NCBI GenBank assembly: GCA_034660555.1
Contig: JAYEJL010000135.1
Location: forward strand, 1-39,981
Direction: 5' to 3'
DNA: 39,981 nt
DNA from: Thermotogota bacterium
GTDB taxonomy: Bacteria; Thermotogota; Thermotogae; Petrotogales; Kosmotogaceae
In this document: one piece after another, positions 8,765 to 18,533 of the stretch
Layout of the letters: each line of letters starts with the position of its first letter
How positions within the stretch are numbered: position 1 is the first letter of the stretch
Notes under the pieces: generated by a model
What the model was told of the DNA's origin: nothing
Database searches by the model: none
Seen by the model: only the letters and a program-made list of their open reading frames with translations
Program-made: the position numbers and the translations under genes

Positions 8765-10543
8765 TTAATAATTTCCATATAGTGGCCCGAGGGCTTTACA
8801 GGCTCTGTAATCTGCGCTCTCCAGATTTTCAGTACCAAAAGCAGCCCAGGTTTTTGGTCTGAATATCCTGTCTTTTTCTACATTGTGCATGGAAACCGGA
8901 ATTCTCAAGATAGAAGCAAGGGCTATTAATTCTGCCCCAATATGGCCATAACTTATTGCACCGTGATTGGCACCCCAATTGTTCATGACTGAGTAGACAT
9001 CTCTGAAAGCTCCTTTTCCAGTTAATTTAGGAGCAAACCATGTTGTAGGCCATGATGGATCGGTTCGTTCGTCAAGAGCTTTGTTTACTTTTTTATCCAG
9101 TTTTACAGTATAACCCTCTGCGATCTGCAATACGGGACCCAATCCCTTGACAATGTTTATTCTACACATTGTAGCGGGCATTTCACCCTCAGTAAGAAAT
9201 TTACTTGAAAATCCACCGCCTCTAAAATATTCTACATTTGCGGGACACCATTCTGTTGCTTTAAGACATTTTTCCATTTCATCTTCAGTGATCTCCCAGA
9301 AGGGTTTCATAACAGAATTACCATTTTCGTCTTTTTCTTTACCTGTACCGTCTAGTGTTGTGGAACCTGAATTTTTTAAATGTATTACACCATCTTTTGC
9401 TTTGCCTTGAAGTGATTTACCTGTAACTCTTTTAACAGCTTCAGGACTCCAGTAGGTTCTCACATCAGAAAATATTTGAGCTGTGTTAGTAAGCAAGTAA
9501 CCAAACAACATGGAAACTGCATTCAGGGAATCGTTTTCAGTCGCCACAATAAAAGGATTTCTTATGCCGTTCCAATCAAAAGAAGAATTGAGTATTGCTT
9601 CTGAGAAATCACCGTTGGGAAAGTGATCTGTCCATTGTCTCTGACCCTGAAATCCGGAGGCTATTGCATAATGTCCCTCTGCTTCTTCACCGTAATTCAT
9701 CTCTTTCAATTTTGGATTTCCTATCATCATATCTCTGATGATCATTGTCATCTTTATGATGAATTCCCATTGTTTATCCTTTTCTTCACGGTTGAATTGT
9801 TTTTCCTTTGCGTTTATATCAATACCTTCCTTGCAGTTTTTACTTACCCAGTCAAGTGCTTTTTTGTATTCTTCTTCATCATATATTTCTTCTTCTATTC
9901 TTCTTATGATTTCGGACATATCACTGTATTCAACATGCATTCCAAGATACTTCTCAAAAAAATCTTCATTTACCACTGATCCGGCTATTCCCATCGAAAC
10001 AGAGCCAATGGACAAATAGGCCTTTTTCCTCATGAATGCAACAGCAAGAGCTGCTCTTGCAAATTTCAGAATTTTAGTTTTTACATCTTCGGGTATAGAA
10101 AGATCATCGGCGTCTTGAACATTTTTTCCATAAATCGCAAAAGCTGGAAAGCCTTTTTGATCGTGTGCTGCAGAAACAGCTGCAAGAAAAACCGCACCGG
10201 GTCTTTCACTGCCGTTAAAACCCCAAATAGCCTTGGGAATAAGAGGATTTTCATCCATTACCTCGGAGCCATAGCACCAGCAAGGGGTTACCGTCAATGA
10301 TACTCCAACATTTTCTCTTTCAAATTTTTCAGCACATTTTACTGATTCGGCATAACCACCTATTGTTGTGTCTGAAATACATGTTTTTACAGGTGAACCA
10401 TCAATATACATCAGCTCGTTTTCAAGCAAATTGGCAACTTTTTTAGCAAGCTCCATTGTTTGACTCTCAAGTGATTCTCTTATGCCTTTTCTTCTACCGT
10501 CAATTACCGGTCTAATACCAATTTTCGGAAAATCTTTTATCAT
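8765..10543 (-). CDS. fucI: L-fucose/D-arabinose isomerase
   Basis: [60 protein letters not shown]; 592 aa. Confidence 0.97.
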   Translation of the reverse strand: MIKDFPKIGIRPVIDGRRKGIRESLESQTMELAKKVANLLENELMYIDGSPVKTCISDTTIGGYAESVKCAEKFERENVGVSLTVTPCWCYGSEVMDENPLIPKAIWGFNGSERPGAVFLAAVSAAHDQKGFPAFAIYGKNVQDADDLSIPEDVKTKILKFARAALAVAFMRKKAYLSIGSVSMGIAGSVVNEDFFEKYLGMHVEYSDMSEIIRRIEEEIYDEEEYKKALDWVSKNCKEGIDINAKEKQFNREEKDKQWEFIIKMTMIIRDMMIGNPKLKEMNYGEEAEGHYAIASGFQGQRQWTDHFPNGDFSEAILNSSFDWNGIRNPFIVATENDSLNAVSMLFGYLLTNTAQIFSDVRTYWSPEAVKRVTGKSLQGKAKDGVIHLKNSGSTTLDGTGKEKDENGNSVMKPFWEITEDEMEKCLKATEWCPANVEYFRGGGFSSKFLTEGEMPATMCRINIVKGLGPVLQIAEGYTVKLDKKVNKALDERTDPSWPTTWFAPKLTGKGAFRDVYSVMNNWGANHGAISYGHIGAELIALASILRIPVSMHNVEKDRIFRPKTWAAFGTENLESADYRACKALGPLYGNY

Positions 10544-10574
10544 CTATTTTCACCTCCTATAATTTGCAGTCATT

Positions 10575-11318
10575 TTATTTTCCAAGATTATTAGAAATTC
10601 TTTTAACAGAATCCATTAAAAGCTTTTTGTATTTTTCTAATTTTTGTCCTTTCATTCTTATTTTGGGTCCTGAGATACTAATTGAAGCAACAACTTTCCC
10701 TTTATTGTTAAATATGGGAGCACCAACACACATTATACCTTCATCATGTTCTTCGTTATCTAACGCAAATCCCTGCTTTTTAATTCTTTCTAGCTCTTTT
10801 TCGAATTCTTTTTTATCAGTGATCGTATTTTTTGTATATCTTTTCAATTCAATACTTGACAAGATTTCTTCCTGCTCTTTATCAGGTAAAAATGCAAGAA
10901 TTGCTTTACCAACGGAAGTGCAATAAATTGGCGAGCGTTTTCCTATCCATAATTTTGCCTGAAGGTTGTGGCTGCTTCCCATTCCCTCAATAGATGTAAC
11001 TTCGTTCCCGTCAAGCACTCCCATGTGGATAGATTCTTCAGTATACTTGCTCAATTTTTCTATCTCCGGAAAAGCTAATTCCCTAAGTTCCAGTGTTTCA
11101 AGATAAAGACTCCCCAGTTCAAACAATTTAATACCAATTCTATACTTAGAAATTTTATTGTCCTTACTTAATATATTAACCCTATTCAGTGCCTCAGCAA
11201 TTCTATAAACAGTAGATTTGTGTAATCCTGTTTTATCTGTCAGTTCTTTTAGAGTCAACTCAGGCTTATCTAAAGAGAAAGAGTCAAAAATTTTAATTAT
11301 TCTTTCTATTGCCTGCAC
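10575..11318 (-). CDS. IclR family transcriptional regulator
   Basis: N-terminal HTH (LTLKELTDKTGLHKSTVYR); CTSVGKAILA; GFALDNEEHDEGIMCVGAPI. Confidence 0.95.
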   Translation of the reverse strand: MQAIERIIKIFDSFSLDKPELTLKELTDKTGLHKSTVYRIAEALNRVNILSKDNKISKYRIGIKLFELGSLYLETLELRELAFPEIEKLSKYTEESIHMGVLDGNEVTSIEGMGSSHNLQAKLWIGKRSPIYCTSVGKAILAFLPDKEQEEILSSIELKRYTKNTITDKKEFEKELERIKKQGFALDNEEHDEGIMCVGAPIFNNKGKVVASISISGPKIRMKGQKLEKYKKLLMDSVKRISNNLGK

Positions 11319-11331
11319 TAAATCACCTCAA

Positions 11332-12627
11332 TCAACCAGCATAACCAAATATTCTTGGAAGCCACAGAACGATATCCGGGAAATACGTAATCAATATTAA
11401 ACCAAGTATCTCAATGGGAATAAAGTATCTCAGCATTTCACCGAATACTTTGCTTACTGGCGTTTTACTTAGAGCGCTAGTAATGTAACCTGTTTGACCG
11501 TAGGGCGGTGTATCAAGCGCTAACATCAAGTTTACAGTAGTAATTACACCAAAGTGAACCAGATCTATCCCCACAGCTTCAACCAGTGGAAGCATTATCG
11601 GAATTACCACAAGTTGAATAACTGATACATCAAAAAACATGCCCAGCAAGAAAAACATAATGTTGGTACTCAACAAAAGTAAAAACCTTGAGTCAAGCAT
11701 TCCCGAATCTATGAAGAAATTAGTTATTAATAATGGAATTTCTTCTCTGGCCAATACATATTTTACTATTAATGCTGCTGCAATCATAAAACTAATAAAT
11801 CCAACCGAGTAAACTGTTTTCATTATGATCTTTTTAAACTTTTTGAAGCTCATTTTCTTGTACACAATAATGCTTATTAATAATACATAGCCCACCAGAA
11901 CCGCTGCAGCTTCTGTCGGCGTAAAAATACCTCCATAAATTCCTACCAGAAGCATAATTGGAGCCAACAAAGCGGCAAAAGATCTTCTAAAACTCTTCAA
12001 CAATACCTTAAACGGATATTTTTTCCCTTTAGGATATCCTCTTTTTTTTGAAAGATAGTAAACCATTCCAGCTTCAAGTAATGCTATTAACAAACCTGGT
12101 ATTATCCCTGCCAGAAATAGATATCCCAGCGATGCTCCGGTTAACATTGCGTATATAACCATGGGAATACTTGGTGGAATTATTGGTGAAATCGTAGCTG
12201 AAGCACATGTAACAGCGCTGGCAAATTCTCCATCATATCCATCGTCCATCATGGCTTTTATCTCTATGGCACCGATTCCTGAAACATCAGCTATCTCGGA
12301 ACCACTCATGCCAGCAAAAATTATACTTGTGGCAATATTGGTATAAGCAAGTCCTCCTCTGACCCCACCCATTGATTGCTTCACAAAGCCAAATATTATA
12401 TCTGTTACATCTGTATCGTTCATTAAATTTGCAGCGAAAATGAACATAGGAACAGCCATTAGAACATCTTTACCGCTAAGTTCAATCGCCATTACGTCCA
12501 TAAATGACCCAAGACCGACTCCGGCAGTAATGAAATAGGTGAAACCACCCATTACCATTGCAAAAGCTATGGGGAAACCAAGAGCAAAAGCGCCAAGAAA
12601 AACTATAAAGAATAATGCTAATCCCAT
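11332..12627 (-). CDS. dctM: TRAP transporter large permease
   Basis: AVPMFIFAANLM, FAGMSGS, IIPPSIPMVIY, TPTEAAA, TPPYG; 431 aa polytopic. Confidence 0.95.
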   Translation of the reverse strand: MGLALFFIVFLGAFALGFPIAFAMVMGGFTYFITAGVGLGSFMDVMAIELSGKDVLMAVPMFIFAANLMNDTDVTDIIFGFVKQSMGGVRGGLAYTNIATSIIFAGMSGSEIADVSGIGAIEIKAMMDDGYDGEFASAVTCASATISPIIPPSIPMVIYAMLTGASLGYLFLAGIIPGLLIALLEAGMVYYLSKKRGYPKGKKYPFKVLLKSFRRSFAALLAPIMLLVGIYGGIFTPTEAAAVLVGYVLLISIIVYKKMSFKKFKKIIMKTVYSVGFISFMIAAALIVKYVLAREEIPLLITNFFIDSGMLDSRFLLLLSTNIMFFLLGMFFDVSVIQLVVIPIMLPLVEAVGIDLVHFGVITTVNLMLALDTPPYGQTGYITSALSKTPVSKVFGEMLRYFIPIEILGLILITYFPDIVLWLPRIFGYAG

Positions 12628-13145
12628 GGCTCTTCCTCGTTAGCGGATTTTTTTACTGTAATTAATTCTCTTGTGTCTTTGTAAATCCATATCAAATTAT
12701 GAATTATCATTAAAATTAAGAATAATGGAAAGCAAAACAAAAGATAACTCCAGGGTATTTTTAATACATTAGATCTTATCATTCTATAAAAAACGATATC
12801 GTCCCATATCGGAAAAAACGTAACAAAAAGCATGACAGTGAAAAATGCGTTGAAAATCAGATCAAACACAATTTGTAGTTTTCTCGAAACCATGTCATAG
12901 ATAACATTGAATTTCATGTGTGCTCCGAATCTTCTAGCAAGAGGCGCCCCAAGGAAAATAATCCATATGAAAGAATATCTGGATATCTCAAATAATTCCG
13001 GTGATGGATTGTTGAACACATACCTCATTACTACCTGTACAAAAAGCGCAGTAAATAACAGAAGCAAAAAAACAGAAGCAACCCGATATTCTATGAAATC
13101 AATTATGAATCTCCCTGTCTTTTTCAACGCTCTCAAAAATGCCAT
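12618..13145 (-). CDS. dctQ: TRAP transporter small permease
   Basis: QVVMRYVFNNP, EISRYSFIWIIFLGA, 4 TM segments; GGAGG RBS before ATG at 13145. Confidence 0.92.
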   Translation of the reverse strand: MAFLRALKKTGRFIIDFIEYRVASVFLLLLFTALFVQVVMRYVFNNPSPELFEISRYSFIWIIFLGAPLARRFGAHMKFNVIYDMVSRKLQIVFDLIFNAFFTVMLFVTFFPIWDDIVFYRMIRSNVLKIPWSYLLFCFPLFLILMIIHNLIWIYKDTRELITVKKSANEEEPWD

Positions 13146-13168
13146 CTCATTTGAACCTCCTGCTAAAA

Positions 13169-13198
13169 TCACGGAAAGATCTTACGATCTTCCCGTGA
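13169..13198 (-). terminator. Intercistronic hairpin (stabiliser or partial terminator) between dctP and dctQ
   Basis: TCACGGAAAGATC...GATCTTCCCGTGA. Confidence 0.65.
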
Positions 13199-13220
13199 AA
13201 AAAATAAACAGTTGTCGATG

Positions 13221-14219
13221 TTATTCTGTTGGATAATTCTGTATAAATTCGTAGAGACCTTCGCCCCATTTTTCGTTGAATTGCGGCTGTGAATAGTATT
13301 CAGCTGCATGTTCCATGAATGCTTCTTTATCTGGAATAATTATTTCCATGTCATATTCATCAACAAATTGTTTTAAGAGTTTGGCTTCCTGTTCCAGCAC
13401 CAATTCATTCATGTAATACCTTGCAACCAGCATAGCTTTTTCAATGTAAGTACGATACTCCAGAGGCATTTCCTGCCAGAGATCTTCATTGATAACAGGG
13501 TTTATCATACCAATTGAGTGATCAGTTAATGTTATGTATTTTGTAACCTCAACGAATTTTGCGGATAAATCTGTGGGTAGGGGGTTGTCCTGACCATCAA
13601 TTGTACCGGTTCTAAGAGCCAGATAAACTTCTCCAAATCCCATTGGAGTCGGTTTAGCACCCAATGCCCTTCCCATATCCAGGAAAGCTTCATTATTTGG
13701 CATTCTGATCTTTACTCCTGCCAAATCTTCTGGCTTTTTGATTTCGCCAGCTCTTGCAGTCGTATTTAACTGTCTCGTTCCCAGATACCAGGTATCGAGA
13801 ACTCTTAAACCAGTTTCTTCAGCCAGTTCATCAAACCACTCTTTTACAAAAGGACTGTGCATTACCTGATACATATGATCCAGATCTCTGAAAATGTATG
13901 CAGAATTCAAAACTCCCATCTTTGGCATATTTGCAAGATCTGCAAACCATGACGGAGCTGCGTCTCCTGCCATTTCAAGATCTCCACGCATTACAGATAA
14001 CAACGATGTCTGCTGATCACCCAGCTGTCCTGAATGGAAAATTTTGACTTCAATTTCGCCTCCACTTAAATCTTCAACAATTTCCTTGAATTTTTCCATT
14101 GCTTTAACTTGAGGTTGCGTAGGTGCAGCAACAGTGTTGAATCTCAAAGTATATTCAGCTTGTGCGAAAATAAACGAAGCCAATAAAACTGTAATAACCA
14201 CAAAAAGTACTTTCTTCAT
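13221..14219 (-). CDS. dctP: TRAP transporter substrate-binding protein (DctP/SiaP-like)
   Basis: Signal peptide; SGQLG, GTRQ, KIRMP (carboxylate-binding Arg), GEVYLALRTGTIDGQDNP. Confidence 0.95.
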   Translation of the reverse strand: MKKVLFVVITVLLASFIFAQAEYTLRFNTVAAPTQPQVKAMEKFKEIVEDLSGGEIEVKIFHSGQLGDQQTSLLSVMRGDLEMAGDAAPSWFADLANMPKMGVLNSAYIFRDLDHMYQVMHSPFVKEWFDELAEETGLRVLDTWYLGTRQLNTTARAGEIKKPEDLAGVKIRMPNNEAFLDMGRALGAKPTPMGFGEVYLALRTGTIDGQDNPLPTDLSAKFVEVTKYITLTDHSIGMINPVINEDLWQEMPLEYRTYIEKAMLVARYYMNELVLEQEAKLLKQFVDEYDMEIIIPDKEAFMEHAAEYYSQPQFNEKWGEGLYEFIQNYPTE

Positions 14220-14256
14220 AAAACATCTACCTCCCAGTTATAAAATGGATGATTTT

Positions 14257-15171
14257 TTAGATTTTGCCGTTTTCTTTCAGGGATTCTTTTAGTACTTCAA
14301 TTTCATCTTCCTGGAGCTCTGCAAGTGGTGGCCTCACCCGAGCAACATCCAGCCCTGAATGTAAAGCAAAGGCTTTCTTTACACCCGGCAAAGGATTTTC
14401 GAAACGACCGTTTCGTCCAAAAAATGCTTTGAATAACTTATATAGTCTTCTAAAGGTCTGTGTTGCTTCTTTTACATTTCCTGAATAATATTTATTTAGC
14501 ATATCCTTCATTATGTCTCCTATAACGTGAGAACCCCCGCTAACTACTCCGACTCCTCCCTGAGTCAAAACGGATAAAACCATCAAATCATCACCTGAAT
14601 AAACCACCATTTTTCCATCTGTCGCACTTAAAAAAGCTGAAGTTTGTAGAGGATTGATACCAGCCTCATCCTTCACTCCAACTATGTTGTCCACTTCGCT
14701 TAATTCTGCCAGTGTTTCCGGTTCAATATTTGTGGCTGTAAAAAGTGGAATGTTGTACACCATGATAGGCAAACTCGTACTATTGGCAACTCTAATGAAG
14801 TGATTTTTTACTCCATCCTGTGTCGGATGACAGTAATAAGGAACAACAACCATTGCAGCATCATAGCCGATTCTTTCAGCTTCTTTTGTTAATTTGATAG
14901 TTTCTTCTGTAAACGCAGTTCCCGTACCTGCTATCAGTGGTCTTTCATTACCCACTTCTTCTTTAACAGCTTCAAATAGCTTAACCTTTTCGTCGTAGGA
15001 CATCGCATAAAACTCACCGTTTGTCCCTGCAACAATCAATGAATCGCAATAATCCTTTTCAATTAGAAATCTTGCTATTTGCTTTGTTTTTGCGTAATCA
15101 ATATCGTAGTTCTCTTTGAAAGCAGTGTTTATTGGTATCAAAACTCTTCCAAAATGCTTTACAACATCCAT
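14257..15171 (-). CDS. DHDPS/NAL-family pyruvate-dependent class I aldolase (probably not DapA)
   Basis: GTNGE, VVPYY, YNIPLFT, Schiff-base Lys in VGVKDEAG, SGDD. Confidence 0.85.
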   Translation of the reverse strand: MDVVKHFGRVLIPINTAFKENYDIDYAKTKQIARFLIEKDYCDSLIVAGTNGEFYAMSYDEKVKLFEAVKEEVGNERPLIAGTGTAFTEETIKLTKEAERIGYDAAMVVVPYYCHPTQDGVKNHFIRVANSTSLPIMVYNIPLFTATNIEPETLAELSEVDNIVGVKDEAGINPLQTSAFLSATDGKMVVYSGDDLMVLSVLTQGGVGVVSGGSHVIGDIMKDMLNKYYSGNVKEATQTFRRLYKLFKAFFGRNGRFENPLPGVKKAFALHSGLDVARVRPPLAELQEDEIEVLKESLKENGKI

Positions 15172-15186
15172 CTTTATTCCTCCTTT

Positions 15187-15227
15187 ATTTCATTCAGTGA
15201 AATGCTATTTCTACCAATGAAATTATA
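15187..15227 (-). promoter_or_regulatory. Tandem IclR-type operators next to the -10 of the aldolase-TRAP operon
   Basis: ATTTCA-N5-TGAAAT (15187-15203) and ATTTCT-N5-TGAAAT (15207-15223); minus-strand TATAAT at 15222-15227. Confidence 0.65.
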
Positions 15228-15594
15228 TAATTTTTGATTTAAAAAATAAAATCGGTTTAGAAGGAATTACGAAGAATCACAGTATATAATTTATGATTAC
15301 TACCGACAGTCAACTTTTTTTGTACCCTTACGATTAACGATTAATTCAAATTCTTACTAATAAATTGATCTCCCATCCAGATGCAAAGCAAAAAAATGGT
15401 TAAATCTTATATAAACGTTTCTAGAAATACTTCCAAAGAAAGAATAACTGAGACTGAGAACTATCAGGATAGTTTGCAATAAATTTTGGTTGTCTCTTAA
15501 CCCATATCCGAAATTTTTCCCTTTTATGTCCTTTTAACTACCTAAAAGCCATCTGTTATAATCTTTTTATCAGGTATAAGAGGGAGGATTTTTT

Positions 15595-16038
15595 ATGAAA
15601 AAGATAGGCATTATTATTTGTGGACGTTATCAAAGCTGTGGCGGAGGTAAATGCTTTAGAGCTATGCGTGAACATGTGGGTGGTTTTGCCCTTTATCCTC
15701 CTGAAGAAGATTTGCAGCTCGTGGGTTATTCTTACTGTGGTGGCTGTCCTGGCGGAAATGTAGAATATGTTCCTGAAGAAATGAAAAAGAACGGGGCGGA
15801 AGTAATTCATCTTGCCACAGGACTGGTGGTTGGATATCCTCCATGTCCAAGAATCAAACATTTTAAGGAGTTTATAGAGAGTTATTACGATATTCCCGTT
15901 GTCATAGGAACACACCCAATTCCATTAAAGTATTTCAATGCTCATCAAAAACTATCTTTCTGGGAAAAAACGGATATGTATTCACTTGCTGAACACCTTA
16001 TGAATGAAGACAGAGAAATAATGAAATCTTATAACTGA
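15595..16038 (+). CDS. CGGC domain (Cys-rich, putative metal-binding) protein
   Basis: IGIIIC...CGGGKC...CGGCPG...IHLATG...PPCP...GTH. Confidence 0.9.
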   Translation: MKKIGIIICGRYQSCGGGKCFRAMREHVGGFALYPPEEDLQLVGYSYCGGCPGGNVEYVPEEMKKNGAEVIHLATGLVVGYPPCPRIKHFKEFIESYYDIPVVIGTHPIPLKYFNAHQKLSFWEKTDMYSLAEHLMNEDREIMKSYN

Positions 16039-16130
16039 TTTATACATTGATTTTATCCTATTTTGTTAACCTTTTTTTATCTGTTCTGAATATCATTAAT
16101 CATATCAAAATTCTATTTTGTTAATATCAA

Positions 16131-16162
16131 TACCCGGTCTTCACTTTTTAGAAGGCCGGGTA
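16131..16162. terminator. Hairpin, probable terminator after the CGGC gene
   Basis: TACCCGGTCTTC...GAAGGCCGGGTA; U-tract is weak. Confidence 0.5.
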
Positions 16163-16274
16163 TAAAGTAGAATAATGCATATAGAATAAACTTTCACGAT
16201 ACATTTCTTTTAGATTGCTAATATTCGTTCTTGATAAACTCTCTTGGAAGGTAGAACATGAAATTAGGAGGGAT

Positions 16275-16661
16275 ATGATGAAAGAGGTAACTATTCGTAC
16301 AAGAATGAGTTTCCACGATGCTCATTACGGCGGAGGGCTTGTGGATGGTGCAAAAGTTCTTCAATATTTTGGAGATGTTGCCACAGAACTGCTTATCCGT
16401 AACGATGGCGATGAAGGACTTTTTAAGGCTTATGACAACATTGAATTTCTGGCACCAGTTTTTGCCGGGGATTTTATAGAGTTTACTGGAAGAATAGAGA
16501 AAACAGGAAACACTTCAAGAAAAATGTCATTTGAAGCAAAAAAAGTGATTAAAGCAAGACCAGATATATCTGATTCCGCAGCTGAAGTACTCGATGAGCC
16601 GGTAATTGTTTGCAAAGCAAGCGGAACCTGTGTGGTTCCAAAGGAAAAACAGAGGGGGTGA
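16275..16661 (+). CDS. kal: 3-aminobutyryl-CoA ammonia-lyase
   Basis: [31 protein letters not shown] hotdog fold; first gene of the lysine cluster; AGGAGG RBS. Confidence 0.93.
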   Translation: MMKEVTIRTRMSFHDAHYGGGLVDGAKVLQYFGDVATELLIRNDGDEGLFKAYDNIEFLAPVFAGDFIEFTGRIEKTGNTSRKMSFEAKKVIKARPDISDSAAEVLDEPVIVCKASGTCVVPKEKQRG

Positions 16662-16665
16662 AGTA

Positions 16666-17481
16666 ATGGAGAAACTAATAATCACTGCAGCCCTTACCGG
16701 AGCAGAAGTTACAAAGGATATGCAACCGAACCTACCCGTCATTCCTAAAGAGATTGCTGAAGAAGCTTACAAATGTTATGAAGCAGGTGCTTCCATTGTT
16801 CATGTTCATGCGAGAGAAAGTGATGGTACTCCCACCCAATCTCAAAAAATATATTCCGAAATCAAAAAACTTGTAGAAAAGAAGTGCAACATAATCGTTC
16901 AACCTTCAACGGGTGGAGCTGTCTGGCATGATTTAGAAGAAAGGTTACAGCCTTTAAAAATCAATCCAGAGATGGCCACATTGACCACGGGCACATGTAA
17001 TTTTGGCGATAGTATTTTCAGCAATCCCATGGACTATATTATGCGTTTTGCGAAAGAAATGAACGAAAGAAATATAAAACCAGAAATTGAGGTTTTTGAT
17101 AGAGGGATGATAAATAACGCACTTTATCTGGTCAAGAAAGGGATTCTTGAGCTTCCATTACATTTTGACTTCGTGATGGGTGTGCCTGGAGCTATTCCAG
17201 GTAAGTTTAGAGATCTTGTCTATTTGGTTGAGAGTATCCCGCCAGGATGCACTTGGGCGGTTGCAGGAATTGGTAGATATGAATTGCTTCTTGCCACTCA
17301 TGCTGTTGCCATGGGCGGACATGTAAGAGTTGGTTTTGAAGACAATATATATTATCGAAAAGGCGAACTGGCTACATCCAATGCCCAACTCGTAGAAAGA
17401 ATCGTAAGAATAGCAAAAGAGCTGGACAGAGAAGTGGCAACACCTGACGAAGCAAGAAAAATTCTTAACATCAGGAGGTAA
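16666..17481 (+). CDS. kce: 3-keto-5-aminohexanoate cleavage enzyme
   Basis: KLIITAALTGAE, HVHAR, QPSTGGA, GHVRVGFEDN. Confidence 0.95.
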   Translation: MEKLIITAALTGAEVTKDMQPNLPVIPKEIAEEAYKCYEAGASIVHVHARESDGTPTQSQKIYSEIKKLVEKKCNIIVQPSTGGAVWHDLEERLQPLKINPEMATLTTGTCNFGDSIFSNPMDYIMRFAKEMNERNIKPEIEVFDRGMINNALYLVKKGILELPLHFDFVMGVPGAIPGKFRDLVYLVESIPPGCTWAVAGIGRYELLLATHAVAMGGHVRVGFEDNIYYRKGELATSNAQLVERIVRIAKELDREVATPDEARKILNIRR

Positions 17482-17484
17482 ATC

Positions 17485-18519
17485 ATGAAAACCGGATCTC
17501 CCTACGGAATTCATAGAGTACTCGAACCAGAAGGTTCACTACCACAGTCAGCACAAAAGATCGACAACCAGATGGAGATCTATTCAAATGAAATACTAAT
17601 AGATGTAGAGATTTTGAACATAGATTCAGCAAGCTTTACACAAATAAAGGAATCCTGTAATGGGGATCTCAATAGAATAGCCAGAACCATCGAAGGTATT
17701 GTTGAAGAACGCGGGAAGATGCAGAATCCAGTAACCGGTTCCGGAGGTATGCTTGTTGGAAGGATTAGCGAGATAGGACCGGAACTCTCAAATCGCCCAA
17801 TAAAAGTTGGAGACAGGATAGCTACTCTCGTATCTCTCTCTCTTACACCACTAAGAATTGATGAAATTATAAACATAAACGCTGATACCGATCAGGTAGA
17901 TATTAAAGGAAAGGCAATACTTTTTGAAAGCGGTATATATACGAAATTACCTGAAGACATTCCCCAGAAACTTGCCCTGGCAGTACTGGATGTTGCAGGT
18001 GCTCCAGCTCAGGTAAAAAAACTGGTGAAACCCGGGATGAATGTTTGTATTATAGGTGGCGGGGGAAAATCAGGAATTCTTTGCGCATACCAGGCAAGTA
18101 AAATCGTGGGTAATACCGGTAAAGTAATAGTAGTTGAAAATTCTTTAAAAAACGCTGAAAGAATCGAAAAACTGGGCATCGCTACAGATGTTGTTGTTGC
18201 TAACGCAAAAATACCTGTTGATGTACTGGAAGGCGTTAAAGAAGTAACAAACGGAGAATTATGTGATGTTGTAATAAACAACGTAAATGTGGATGCAACG
18301 GAAATGTCTTCAATTCTCATCACAAAAGATGAAGGCACTGTCTATTTTTTCAGTATGGCAACCGATTTTACCCGTGCTGCCCTGGGTGCTGAGGGAGTAG
18401 GAAAAGATATTAACATGATCATCGGAAACGGATACACTAAAAACCATGCACGCTTGAGTCTCGATATTATTAGAGAATCAAAGGAAATTAGAAAATTATT
18501 TGAACAATTATATATATAA
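17485..18519 (+). CDS. kdd: L-erythro-3,5-diaminohexanoate dehydrogenase
   Basis: [47 protein letters not shown]. Confidence 0.95.
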   Translation: MKTGSPYGIHRVLEPEGSLPQSAQKIDNQMEIYSNEILIDVEILNIDSASFTQIKESCNGDLNRIARTIEGIVEERGKMQNPVTGSGGMLVGRISEIGPELSNRPIKVGDRIATLVSLSLTPLRIDEIININADTDQVDIKGKAILFESGIYTKLPEDIPQKLALAVLDVAGAPAQVKKLVKPGMNVCIIGGGGKSGILCAYQASKIVGNTGKVIVVENSLKNAERIEKLGIATDVVVANAKIPVDVLEGVKEVTNGELCDVVINNVNVDATEMSSILITKDEGTVYFFSMATDFTRAALGAEGVGKDINMIIGNGYTKNHARLSLDIIRESKEIRKLFEQLYI

Positions 18520-18533
18520 ATTGGAGGGTTTGT

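Noticed and set aside
14257..15171. Calling the aldolase dapA
   Set aside because: It lacks the DapA Arg after YNxP, has GTNGE rather than GTTGE, and sits in a catabolic TRAP/IclR context.
16038..16275. Lysine riboswitch upstream of the lysine operon
   Set aside because: The region is AT-rich with one simple hairpin; I see no L-box conserved segments or multi-stem pairing.
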